Shown here in pieces: positions 1 to 11,950 of a stretch of DNA of 64,000 nt. The notes beneath the pieces were generated by a model, which was not told the origin of the DNA, searched no databases, and worked only from the letters and a program-made list of their open reading frames with translations. A program made the translations under genes and the position numbers. Source of the DNA: Dimorphilus gyrociliatus (Eukaryota; Animalia; Annelida); assembly GCA_904063045.1 (NCBI GenBank), contig CAJFCJ010000002.1, forward strand, positions 1,448,422 to 1,512,421, read 5' to 3'. The stretch's first letter is position 1. Every line of letters begins with the position of its first letter.

Positions 1-2642
1 CCGCCATTACTATGAGCGTTAGAGTTAGCTTGAGTTGTTATCGTTGTAGAACTATTTCCTTTATCTTCTCTCTTATCATTCCAAGCTGGCCTCAGTTTGT
101 ACCAGTAGTATTCAAAGGCCAAAGTTAGTAGGCCTAGGCCAATACCGATAAAAATAACGAGGAAGACCCCGCCGATATTTTTTATGCTAATTCCATCGCT
201 TTCGTCTTCAATTTTTTCGCATTTTACTTTTCCGAAATCCCACCATCTCGACTTTAAATCTTCCAAAACTCTTTGATTTAATAGTTGAAGGACAACACTA
301 GACAATTGATTTTTAAGGGTTGAACCTTCTTGAACAGCTAACGCATACGGTTTACGACTAAATTCTTCGCCAACCTCCCATAGAGCACAGTCTATATTTG
401 CTGCATACTTATTTTGCGTAGCGTCTCCTATAAAAGCAAATTCTTGTCCTGAAGGAGGATTTTTTATACGATTTTTTGCCTCCTCAAGTGACAGAGGGAA
501 GCCAGACTCCTTCATTGCAGCCCACATATTTGTGAATTTATCTGATACTGGATAATCCCATACTGCTAGTTTGGCTCTCTCAAATTGATCCAAACTATCA
601 TTCAAGCTCATACTTTTCCATATACTATAGAATTTCTCTTCAATGTCAGCCATTCTTTCGAAATACGTTTGTGTGGCCGTAGCTGACTGGGGAGCGTACT
701 TTACTTTAAATTGTTTGGCAAGATCATCCAGAGAGGATATAGGTTCATCAAGTCGTGAGACGGTAAGAAAGGCAGCCAAATTAGCCGTATAAGTGGCTAT
801 CATTATGAAACCAAACATCCACCAGGTGGCAGCAACTAAACGACCCGATAGAGCTCGTGGAGCTTCACCTCCACCTTGAGGCGTTAGCGATGTCATGCAG
901 AACCAAAGTCCCTCCTTAAGTGTAAAAACCCTCGGTTCGTCGCCTTGTCCATCCCAACTTTCTTTATTATTCTGATAGCTATAAGGCGAGTATTTATCAA
1001 ACACACAAAGTAGAACGCTTACGATGACGAAAGCAGAGAAGATACAACCCCAAACCGCTCTCTCTAAGACGTTTAAGAATCTGAAGACAGTATACTCAAA
1101 TTTCGGCTTTTTCATTAAGATCGTTATCCCAACTAAATCGTAGAACGGTACAGTAAAATCAACAACATTCTCTCTCTCTGCCATAACTGATACAGCTCCG
1201 ATCATAATATCAGCTCTATCTTCTATTAATTCTTTTATCATACCATTCCAGTGTCGTGTAGAATTCATTGAACCATATAACCCATCTGGACTTTGATAAA
1301 GAATGTATTTGAATTTCAATTTGTCTTTTATCTTATTTAATAGTTCTATACAATATCCGTAATAGTACTGGCCGCTAACTTCGTCATAGTAATACTCGCT
1401 GATACCACTGGGAAGTTTAGAAGAGTTGAAAACAAATGGAGGTTCGGTTACCGTTACAACCCTATAAATCTTTTGCATGTAGTTTTCACTTATGGAACCG
1501 TTTAGTCTGATAAGGCCAGTTTTTTTACTCCAGGACCCAATCTCTTTTGATCTTGTAAGCCTTAGGGATGAATCTTGTTCTAATACTCCAGGTTGAATAC
1601 CCTTTAATAGTCCAGTTACACCAGATCGCGTCTTTTTGAATATTGTGTCAAGAAGGAGGGTTGCTTTTTCGTATCCTGTCTTATCCGTAGATGAATCTAG
1701 CAAGCAATCGTTGTATTGAATCTCATTGCCAAATTTCCCTTGCGATATCAGATCGCCGATTGAAGAGGCTATCAAGTGAATCATATCGAAGATATAGGCC
1801 CTACTAACATCGACAATAGGTGATGTATCGTAGGAACTTTTGTAAACAGAATAGGAGGATTGAGACGATTCATCTATTACAGGCGATATTTGAACAATTG
1901 TATCCTTTAGGGGACAATCTTTACACGGCGGGACATTCATACTCATAACGTACCAATGATATTTAAAAGACATCATTCCCATTTTCTCACCAATCTTTAA
2001 GAATTTAGCCGCCATTTTACTAGACGCTGCAACAAATAAATGATCCAGGTCTGCTTTTTTCAAAGTCTCCAGTTGATTAATCATATCTGCCTCACTAGTT
2101 TTGAGTTTCAAATAAAGGTGCTGACAGGGCAAATTCCTTAGAAGGGTTTTGGGGATCTTGTTCAAATCGAAGGATGAATCGTAAATTACGCCGACGTTAG
2201 TTAGATTCTCAATATCAACAATTGTTCTTATAATGTTTATATAATGGAACTCTAAAGGTCTTATATTTAGCGTCGTATTTAGTGAAGCTGTCGGTTCATA
2301 TATTGACGGTACAGAAGAAATATGTGCTATACCTGAATCGTTGGCTAAAGCTTGTAAATTTACAGTTCCCATTCTGTTAGAAAAATCCAAAATAGCTGTT
2401 ACACCTTTAGAAACGATACTGCAAATTTCTTTTACAGTATTGTAAGTCTCTTCCTTTTTCGTTCTAATAATATGCAGCTCTATTTTTCCATCAAGAATCG
2501 TTTGATTGACATTCTCAATAGCATCTTCTAAATTTCTTGAAACTTGATCAAAATTCGAATCATCGATAACAGAGATAAAACGTATCGTTCGAGTAGGACG
2601 GAGAAAGAAGATAACAAAAAATAAAATACCCCACGTCTGCAT
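1..2642 (-). CDS. Ir25a: Ionotropic receptor co-receptor IR25a (iGluR superfamily); runs off the window start, apparently intronless
   Basis: ATG at 2642 with signal peptide MQTWGILFFVIFFL, an N-terminal domain, S1 (YRVVTVTEPPF..YGYCIELL..FTVPFYDLVGITILMKKP), pore/M3 (EGLWFCMTSLTPQGGGEAPRALSGRLVAATWWMFGFIMIATYTANLAAFLTVSRL) and S2/M4 (VGEEFSRKPYALAVQEGS..EDESDGISIKNIGGVFLVIFIG). These strings are typical of IR25a. It is absent from the ORF track because no stop lies inside the window. Confidence 0.92.
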   Translation of the reverse strand, partial: MQTWGILFFVIFFLRPTRTIRFISVIDDSNFDQVSRNLEDAIENVNQTILDGKIELHIIRTKKEETYNTVKEICSIVSKGVTAILDFSNRMGTVNLQALANDSGIAHISSVPSIYEPTASLNTTLNIRPLEFHYINIIRTIVDIENLTNVGVIYDSSFDLNKIPKTLLRNLPCQHLYLKLKTSEADMINQLETLKKADLDHLFVAASSKMAAKFLKIGEKMGMMSFKYHWYVMSMNVPPCKDCPLKDTIVQISPVIDESSQSSYSVYKSSYDTSPIVDVSRAYIFDMIHLIASSIGDLISQGKFGNEIQYNDCLLDSSTDKTGYEKATLLLDTIFKKTRSGVTGLLKGIQPGVLEQDSSLRLTRSKEIGSWSKKTGLIRLNGSISENYMQKIYRVVTVTEPPFVFNSSKLPSGISEYYYDEVSGQYYYGYCIELLNKIKDKLKFKYILYQSPDGLYGSMNSTRHWNGMIKELIEDRADIMIGAVSVMAERENVVDFTVPFYDLVGITILMKKPKFEYTVFRFLNVLERAVWGCIFSAFVIVSVLLCVFDKYSPYSYQNNKESWDGQGDEPRVFTLKEGLWFCMTSLTPQGGGEAPRALSGRLVAATWWMFGFIMIATYTANLAAFLTVSRLDEPISSLDDLAKQFKVKYAPQSATATQTYFERMADIEEKFYSIWKSMSLNDSLDQFERAKLAVWDYPVSDKFTNMWAAMKESGFPLSLEEAKNRIKNPPSGQEFAFIGDATQNKYAANIDCALWEVGEEFSRKPYALAVQEGSTLKNQLSSVVLQLLNQRVLEDLKSRWWDFGKVKCEKIEDESDGISIKNIGGVFLVIFIGIGLGLLTLAFEYYWYKLRPAWNDKREDKGNSSTTITTQANSNAHSNG

Positions 2643-2933
2643 GATGGAAAATACTAAATGCAGTCAGTACACCTGCGTCAAGGTGTATATATATATATTC
2701 ATCAGCGTTTTATCGATCAGTTTGCAGTGCAGAACTCGGTATTCGATTTAGTGGAACAAACAAGTATAAATTTATATTGATTATCAACCCAGGTGTTTTC
2801 TTGTTGCAAACCATGGCAATGATCGTTATTTTGTTTTAAAGAACAATTAATTCATGCATTGACCTTACTATTTCTTACATTCTAAGTGCTCTTTTGTTTT
2901 CATTTTATGTACATATACATATATCCATTATAG

Positions 2934-3843
2934 GTGATACAAAGTGAACTATATAGAAATCTTGGTTTAGCCTTTTTATGCGTACTGGTAATGACACTCA
3001 TTCTTATTGCTGACATTTGGACGTGCATACTGGTTTGTTCCTGTGTAGTATTTACTCTGGTAAGTAAGCCATTCTTAATATTGTTTATGTCTATAATGTA
3101 GCATATATTATTCATAATTATTTTTACATATTTACATATCTTTAGCATACAAAGAAAATACTATATTTAACTTTTTTTTCTTCATTCATCTTTCCTCGAA
3201 TAGTTTGACGTTGGTGGGGCGATGCAACTTTGGGGATTGACAATTGATACGGTTACGAGTGTTCAACTAATTGTTGCCATTGGTCTAGCAGTTGACTATT
3301 CCGCTCACGTGGGCCATATGTTTATGACAATATCAGGAAGTCGAAATGGTATTTGAAAATTTATACTGATTTTTTATTTAATTCCTTCATAATTGTCTCT
3401 AACATATTGAAACTCTTTCTCTAAATCACAGACAGAGCGAGAAACACATTATGTAAAATAGGCCCTGCCGTCTTTTATGGCGGGTTTAGTACTTTTCTTG
3501 CTTTTCTTTTACTGGGTGCGTCTAACTCATATGTATTCTCAACATTTTTCAAGGTAATGCACTAGTGTTTCCCTTCAATTACTTTAATATTTTATTTAAA
3601 TAATAATAAAAAATAACGGTGATATAGGTCTTTTTCCTCGTTGTCGTATTTGGAGTCTTTCATGGATTAGCCTATTTACCAGTTGTACTTAGTTGGATAG
3701 GACCATCTCCATACGATTCAGCTACATCTCCAGGTGAAAAGCATAAAATTTCATCTATTTCACTAGAATCGCAAACGAACAAAGCGACTGATTCAACGTC
3801 TATAAATAAAGAAGAAAAGGTAATAATTCTTTTAAGAAAATGA
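2934..3843 (+). CDS. 3' exons of a Patched/NPC1-family (PTCHD3-like) sterol-sensing-domain protein; last transmembrane helices only
   Basis: Exons 2934-3059 (VIQSELYRNLGLAFLCVLVMTLILIAD), 3204-3348 (AMQLWGLTIDTVTSVQLIVAIGLAVDYSAHVGH), 3432-3553 (IGPAVFYGGFSTFLAFLLL) and 3628-3843 (VFFLVVVFGVFHGLAYLPVVLSWIGP) have in-phase GT-AG junctions. The GLAVDYSAH and FGxFHGLxxLPVxLS motifs mark the family. The end may instead splice 3820 to about 3885. Confidence 0.88.
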
Positions 3844-4572
3844 AGAATAATATTATATTATCGACCTTTTTTGCGTTGTTGCAGTTCTAAGTAATTGTAT
3901 TTACTTTTACTTATTTCGCTATTCTCATCATCATTTCTGCAGAAGATAATGGATTTTCATTTCATCATTCTTACGTGAATATTTTACAATTCTCCACACC
4001 TCAAGCATATCGAGAACAAACAACAAACGCTTTTAATTATTTGTTTGCTAATTTAAGTTATTTTTAGAAAATTTTACAGCTTTGTATATTTGTTTTAATT
4101 ATGTACAAACTGATCATTTTATATTTATCAGACACGAATAAGAGTATATGGTTTTGCTTTTAACAATTTCATTTATATGTTTATTCCTATAATATTCCTG
4201 TTATTTATTTGATCATAAAGGAAATTCATTTTACAGTGATCCATAGTTTGAACTTTTATTTTTATTTGTTATCACAATAAACATAAAGTATTTATTACTA
4301 TATGTTTTTTTTTGGCCTGCCCATTATACGCGAATATAGTTACCTAGGAATCCATATACATATGCATATATATAAATGAATAGAATTTAGGAGCAAATTA
4401 CCTCTAAATGAATGATAAACTTAAAAAATTGGTTTATAGACACTTCTACGGGGAAAAAAGAATGAATAAATTAGAAATTAATTAAATAAACTATATATTA
4501 CTGAAATGAAAAAAACAAAATAGAAAAACATGATAACTTTTAACATATTTCATTGTTATCATTAATAATGTT

Positions 4573-6794
4573 TTAATCTTGATTAGATTCAACTGATTGC
4601 TGGGGCAATTGAAATAAACGCACTCGTTGAGAACAAAAATATAATCTAGAAAAACGAAAAATTAATGTCCAAACGTAAGGTACAAAAAATTCTTCCGGTT
4701 CCTCCTCTTCTACGTAGGCGAACTTTAATTCGGGGAATTTCTAAGTATTTATGGAAATTACAATATATTAATTTTTTAAATACATTTTAAGTAAAATTTA
4801 AAAGTTACCTTTAAATGGTCTTTACGAAATTGAGCTGATCCATCTTCAATGACTTTTAAAACTTGAGGAACACTTAGAGTTTGACCATAACTGCTAGTTG
4901 CTCTTTCGATCTTCGAAAGAAAATATGCCAAAACCGTATCAATATTTTGTATTATATCTTGAAACGTTGGATGAGTCCTCAAAGCAGATAAAGAAGATCT
5001 TTCGTATAACAAAGTATAAACAAGATTTGGGTTCAATTGCATTGCATGACTCAACATTGAATTAATTATTTCTAAGAGCATTCGGAGAACTTCTTCGATC
5101 ACTTGAAGATCATCTACGATATTCTCTTGCTCAGATTCAGGCGTAACCCTTAAACTTTCTACAAGTTTTGTTCGTTTTTTCTGCAGTAAATCGAAAAGGC
5201 TGAGAAGTCTTTGAGAAGCATACGGATGAAGTCGCCTCGTCTGTGATGACATATTAGCCAGAGCAGCCAAGCAATTTGTGTGCAAATACTTGTCGCGCAT
5301 TCGTGTCATATTATATTGGATAGTACGAATTATGACGAGAACCATGAAACTACCTAGAGATATCTCCAATAAAGATCTTTCTTTAAACCAGTTCATCGTT
5401 TTATCAGCTCGTAGTACTATTTCGTGTATCGATTGATTAAATCTATCGTCTTCCGTCAACATTAATAGCACTATTAAAGCCATGTAGACATGATGAGAAT
5501 TAGTATTTGGAGCATCGTATAAAATTCTCAATAAGGGAAGAGTCACTTCTTCAACGGGCAATTCTTGCAAAGTATATTGCTTTATAGTTTTATTTCTATG
5601 TAAAAGTAGATAAAACAATAATGTTGTATGATCCCCATTCGGCCAAATAGTAGAACATAATTCCTTTACAATTGCTGAAACATTCATTTTAAAACTAACG
5701 GGACTCTCCTCTTCTCCTTCCTTACGATTATCCGTAAAACTTATTAAAGCACTTCTATAAGGATTACCAATTAAATTCTCAGTATTTTCTAAATAGATAC
5801 AATGATTCGCAAGAACGAGCAATAATAGCGAACTTTGATTCGCTAATAGTGTATCTTTTACAACCTCTTCGTCTTTATTTTGAGGAGTTTGCCGAAATTT
5901 TAGAGTTACAACATTCCATAAGCCTGAAGCTAACGATGCGGAAACCCTGTATAGAGCTCCGTGATTATCTGAACTTTGAATCATAAATGAGGGGCATTTA
6001 ACTTTTTCAACTATATTATTAAGTAATGTCTTTATGAGCAATGGAGCATGCATAGCACTCTTTCCTTTCATAAGAAAACCATATAATTCAGGAGTCTTCG
6101 AACCAACTGGAATAAACATTTGAAGAGATAGCAAAATGAGAATGCAATTGATACACTCAACCTGTAGGGCATACGTATGCGCTCTGTAAACAAGTAAACA
6201 TAAAAGGAAACATTTTAATTATAAGAGATATAATGTAATTAATTTTAAAAAATTCTTACAGAACAGGAATGTCGATAATTGCTTGAATTAGTGATGAAAA
6301 TAGTATATCAAGGACAAGGTTGCCACTTTCGTCATCGCCAAATTGAGATAAAATTAATTCCTCCGTCAAATTCTCAACGAAATATTTACAAATACTTCGT
6401 AATATAAATAGGGCATTATATGTTTGCCAGAGAAGAACGCTATCAGTATCGACAGACTCTCGTAGCTCGTCTGATCTTCGGTTGAACACACGTATTAGAC
6501 TGTTTACATTTTGGGTTTTACAATTGTTTACTGCCAGCTCCTTACACAACGAGCTGGTTGACTCTTCCAATAAGCGCTGATCGGCTCTGAAAGATTAGGA
6601 TGTTCAGACAATATCTAAGGATGAACAAAGTTCTAGTTTTAAGGCTCTACGAACCGTGTCAGTGGTATATGAAATTTATAGGACAATAGCTGATTCCAAA
6701 AAGGGTCATCAGCAGTAATTTTCTCTACTCCAGACAATTGCAAGAGATATTTATTACTTGACAATTCACTGATACTGCTATACGTAGCTCCCAT
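4573..6794 (-). CDS. DYM: Dymeclin
   Basis: Starts MGATYSSISELSSNKYLLQLSG..DDPFWNQLLS, contains KYLHTNCLAALANMS and NPNLVYTLLY, and ends KFPELKFAYVEEEEPEEFFVPYVW. Four exons with introns at about 6654-6588, 6258-6188 and 4794-4738. Confidence 0.95.
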
Positions 6795-6938
6795 TTGGTA
6801 TTTTTTTAAATTTTCTTTGAAGCTAAAAAATTTTCAACATGAATGAGCTATTCAAGTAAACGTTATTAATCTAGCAATGTGTTATCAATATATCATTCGC
6901 GATAAATTGCACCCATTTCACATTTTATCCAGTCGGCA

Positions 6939-7115
6939 CCAATATCGGAAGTTGTAAAACTGTACACGTTATCGCGCATGCGCGTAACAAAATCCATAGA
7001 AAAAAATTTAAATCCTAAATTTCGACTTGGTAGAATTTTTTACATCTAAAAAATATGAATAAAAATATTTTTCTTTTAATTTTTGCGTTGCTGGGCGACT
7101 TGGTCGCCTAAACAC
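6939..7115. promoter_or_regulatory. Bidirectional promoter between DYM and TEKT2 with CCAAT, ETS, NRF1, X-box-like and forkhead motifs
   Basis: CCAAT 6939-6943, CGGAAGT 6946-6952, palindrome CGCGCATGCGCG 6973-6984, GTTGCTGGGCGAC 7087-7099 and TAAACA 7109-7114, all within the 488 bp between the divergent ATGs. Confidence 0.55.
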
Positions 7116-7282
7116 AACGTGAAAAAAGGGATTTGATTGGTCAATGAGATTTCTAATATCCAATAGAAGTGCTGTATACGAAGTAAAAGTTTGACTAGCA
7201 ACCATTATCAATTTATGAACAGTTCCCTTTTAAAGAGCAAAGTTTGTGGCATAGAATAGAAAATTTTGACTAGAAGGGAATC

Positions 7283-8620
7283 ATGGCAACTTACGTTAAT
7301 TCTGCTGAACGCTATTCAACCTCTGACTGGCACATGAATGGCTATAAGATCTCTACTGATGCCGAAAGAGGTAGAAGCGCTTCCCACGATGTAAGGCAGG
7401 AGGGACGCTTCGTCCGTAACGAAACATCTAATAAAACCAAATGGGATCAACACGACAACAACACCCGTTTAGCAGACAGAGTTGACAATATTCGTAAATG
7501 GAAAGATATTTTGGAAAGAACTGAAAAGGAGTTGAATGATGAAATTGAAGAATTGTCAAGATCAAAACAAATAATGGAGGACGCTTTAGAAGCAATGAAT
7601 CTACCCGAAGAGGTCAACGTAGAAAATTTAACCACAAGAGAGGCAAGACAAGGTGTCGATGTTGTTATGGACGAAGTGGAAGATGAACTGAAGAGGGAGC
7701 AAGAAGTGATTTCTGGAATTAAGAAGCAATTGCAATCAAAGATTGCTCAATCATTTGAACAGTTGTGCGTCCTTCAGGAGGCTAGACAAGAAGTAAGAAA
7801 AGATCTAGAAGACAAATACGTTGCTTTGGGCATAGATGTTGATCAATATAATTTAACTGAGGAGTCGTCTTGTATTTCCTACAAGCCAGATCCATGCCGT
7901 GTACCAAAGGGTTCTGTAACACCTCAGAATTGGGAAGATTACAGCCGATACAATAAAGATAGAGCAGATGCTGAAATAGCTGCTTCCAAACGCCTAAGAG
8001 AATCGAATCATCATACTCTACAACAAACTCAAAATGATTTAAACTCGCAGAAAAAGGCAACTGACTACGCCGTACGTAAAAGAATTCACGAATTTGAACA
8101 AGCTAAAGATGAATTAGAATGGCAAAAGAAACAAACAGAAGATGAAATTGCTGTATTGGAAGATGATATTCGTCGCTTATCAGATGCCATAAGGGCTAAA
8201 ATTAAGCCTATGAAACTAGCTCAGACCAGATTAGAAAATAGAACTGAACGCCCTGGAGTAGAATTGTGCCGTGATAACGTTCAATACGGTCTCTGCGATG
8301 AGGTTGCCCAAATCGACGCTTCAAAGAGAGCATTAGAGGAGAAACTTCGCCAGTCGCAGTACGCAAATATTTAGTTTATAACATATTCATTTAAATTTAT
8401 ACTTTTTTTTTATTTTAGACATGCTTTGCACAATCTTGAAGCAAATTTACATCGTATAAATGAAGATTTGGCTTTGAAACTAAATTCCCTGCGCCTAGAT
8501 AATCAAGTTCTCCAATCCAGAAATCGACTAGGATCTAACCAACTGATACCAGATACCGAAGGCATGCGTAATTTGCACTTGACGGGTATTACCCGTCAAA
8601 AACAACACATTCTTGCTTAA
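7283..8620 (+). CDS. TEKT2: Tektin-2 (tektin B)
   Basis: SDWHMNGYKISTDAE..SHDVRQEGR..ETSNKTKWDQHDNNTRL is a TEKT2-type N-terminus; tektin nonapeptide RPGVELCRD present. Single intron 8359-8418. Confidence 0.93.
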
Positions 8621-9030
8621 ACGACGAATCGTCAGTATTATTTCCACCAATAAATTCTATTTCAATAAAACACTTAACATTTTCAACATATACAATATAC
8701 ATATATATATTAGTATATAAATATATATATATATAAATAAATACGTATTTATAAATAATATATATTTGAATATGCTGTGTATAAACAGTATTTATAAACG
8801 TCTATATAAATATTATAAATAAATACGTATAAAGTATAGTGCGTTAACATAAATTAATCGAAAACGCGCGTAAACGAAAATTATTGCATAACCAATCATA
8901 TCCAACTAGCTTAAACATAAAGTACGCACAATTTTAAAGCAGTGCAACAAAAAACAATGCTAAAATATACAAAGAGATAGAAAAAAAAACAATTTTCCAT
9001 TCGCTCTCCAAAGAAATGTACAGAGTTAAA

Positions 9031-11950
9031 TCAAGCAGCGTTTGAATCGACAATGCGCTCAGTATCTGAACCGTGACAGGTATGAGCTAAAAGGTCTTTT
9101 CTTCTTACGAATCCAACATTACACCTATCGCAAACGTAAGGTTGTTTTTGCCTATGTGCAGACATGATGTGCTCTTGTAAATTCATTTGATAATTGAAAG
9201 TTTTCCCACAATGCTCACAAACGCATCGTTTAACTTTTGACCTTTCGTGAACAGTGGATACGTGGCGTTTAAGATTTTCAGAGTGTTGGAACGATCGTTC
9301 ACAGTATTGACATTTGTGACTCTTTGATACAACGTGAGTTTTTTGATGTTGAATGAAACGATTTTCGGACCAGAAAACTTTGTCACATATGTCACAATTA
9401 AAATCACCCGTTGAACTTTGACGACTACTTTCATCTTTGCTTTCTTCGCCATCCATATCATCTTTTTCATCCGACTTATCTTCTTCATCATCCTTTGGCT
9501 CAATTAGCTCAGGACACATTTCTTCCAACTTGGCCTTGACGTCGTCATATTCTTCGCTTTCCGTATGAATCCTATTCAAGTGTTTATACACATAGCTCCA
9601 ATTCGATAGTCTCAAGTGACACAATGGACAGTGATAAGGAGTAAATCCAGCAGCCACTGGTTTATCGTTTCGGACGTATCGTCGGTTGGTATTTGGCGGT
9701 TGAGATGGTCGATACTCTTCAATATCTTCGTCATCAAGAGCATCAACTGGCATTTCATCGGTGGCTCGGAATTTTTTAACTGGCGGCTCATCGTTATCAT
9801 ATAAATCTTCCTCGCTCACTTCAGTTCGTTCTTCTCCAGCGGCATCAAGTTCTAATTGGTGTTCCTCCCAGTTGCAATTTGGTCGTTTTTTATTTAGGCC
9901 TACATATCGTCTATCTTTTGCGTGCTCTATCTGTAAATGACCATATAACTCGCTAGAATTTTGATATCTAAAGGTACAAAAAGGACAAGAAAATCCGTTT
10001 TCACTAGGTTCTGAGAGTGTAGGTACAGGTACTGGTCGAGACGTGTCTGGTCGTGGATTGACTCTTCTACCAACTAGCGATATTTTCTCTGGTGGTGATG
10101 ATAGAGTATACCTTTTTACACCACCTCGAGTACGAACACCTGCTCCTCTGGTTAATACTCTTCCTCTTCTGGAATTGGAATTTTTTCCATCTTCTGATTC
10201 AAGAAGAGGTCTTTCCTCTTCTTCACTACCCTCTGGGCTTCGCTCTTTTTCTAGATGAGGCATATCTTTTTCATCTCTTTCGAAGTCAGCATAATGCGTA
10301 TTCTTTGCACGCTGCCTTTTACCATAAACGTTTTCTTGCTTTATACGATGAGGAGGAACATATTCATCATCCTCTTCGAATTGTTGGGCAATCTGATTGA
10401 GTTGTGATTTGCGAGCATAGGTCCGCCTCTCTGATCCGCTTGTACGACTTCTTCCACGACCTCGACCGCCAGAAGGAGTGGGAGAAGATTCTTTATCGTT
10501 CTTATTAGGAGATTTTTCTACAATTACTTGCTTGATGTTTAGTTTTCCTCGAATTGCTATATTTCCGCCAATAAATGTCACAGGATCTGTTTGTGTATGT
10601 CTTGTTTTCATTCCATATTCATCGAGTACTTCATCTTCTATCTTATCATTTTTGTCGTCATTAGGATCAACCTGTTCTTGCTCTATATCGATTGTCGGAG
10701 GCTCCAAAGTTTCTTCGACGGGAGGGTCGCACTGTAATTCAGCATCTACCAATTCAACCGATGCTTGAGTTTCTTTCTCTTCAAATTCGAGAGGTACCTA
10801 AAATTTTGTGGGATTGATTGCATATCTCAGATTATGGAGGTACTAAGAAAAAATTTAAATACGTTTATTTGACAATTTCTTACCTCTGTTTCAGCATCTT
10901 TTGTTTCGACGTGGTGTTGAGTTTCATTGTCAATCATATCCGCAACACATTGACATCCATCGTCAGTATTTTCCACTGTGCATTGGGCTTCAGCTGAGGT
11001 AAGATTAGGAGATATTTGTGTTGCTCTGGCTAGCGTGGTCGGGCAGTTTTGAATGCGTACGCTCATTGTCTCAGGTTGATGTTGTACCTAAAATGTTATA
11101 GGCCGAATTTAGAATGTTTTTGACCAAAGTTTACAAGTTTACGTACAGATTTACTATCTATTTCCGGTTTTGCTTCAATTTCGACAGTTGCCGTACCGTA
11201 GAGTGGGTCAAAGCTGGTACTACTGTCAGAGAGGGACGGAGAGAACTGAACGCAAACTGAGGTGACGCTCGCTTCAGCTTGTATACCAAATTCTTTAAGT
11301 TCTGGACTATGTTGAACCTCGGCGGTAACGTATTCTGGGGTTGACTGGATTCCTTCATCTCGAAACTCAGGAATAAAACTTTGTGTGGATGCATCATTTG
11401 TTGTGGGTTTTATTATGTTGGGTACTATGAAATAAAGGGGAAAAAAAGCAATTAGTGATATGATACTTTTTTTTACATATATTGACAAACGCTCCATGGC
11501 GCTGGCTTCATTTAGATATAACGTACACACTTTAGTAAAAAATGAGCCGGTACCTTTGGCGAAATCGATACGATGTTATTTTGCCCATAGAGGGCGTTGT
11601 TTGCAATTCCGACATTTTGATTTGGTTTATAAGCAATTTTTACACAGTATTGAACATTTTAAGCAACAACAAATAATTAACAAATATTAAACCTATGTAC
11701 TTGCCGAAAATCGGCATTAAAAACGAGTTATTTACATATTTTATAACGCCCAAAAAGACGTACCAGATAAGTGCAACTTGATGTCGCTGCCTTCGCTCCT
11801 CTCAACAACGATTGCGCTTAAAAAGTCACGGATTTCTCCATCACTAGCCAAGAGATGATGTTTAAATGCTTTGTTGGGTGTTAAGACATCTTCTTTTAGT
11901 CCTTCCGAGAAATTAAGACTGAAAGTTTTCATGGCGGTGTCTCCAGACAT
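9031..11950 (-). CDS. C2H2 zinc-finger protein (two isolated plus four C-terminal tandem fingers) with an N-terminal tandem 11-13 aa repeat array
   Basis: Exons 10797-9031, 11087-10884 and 11529-11147 join in phase (a possible 42-nt in-frame intron lies near 11425-11466). The 5' exon 11950-11764 (MSGDTAMKTF..) is tentative. Fingers include CPFC..HLQIEH, CPLC..HLNRIH, CDIC..HQKTH, CQYC..HVSTVH, CEHC..HIMSAH and CDRC..HTCH; an AT-hook-like GRGRGR is present. Confidence 0.8.

Noticed and set aside
2803-2820. X-box-like GTTGCAAACCATGGCAAT upstream of IR25a
   Set aside because: Only one half-site fits the RFX consensus with correct spacing.
8680-8830. AT-only quasi-palindromic stretch between TEKT2 and the zinc-finger gene
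   Set aside because: Self-complementarity is expected for TA-rich simple sequence; no element ends were seen.
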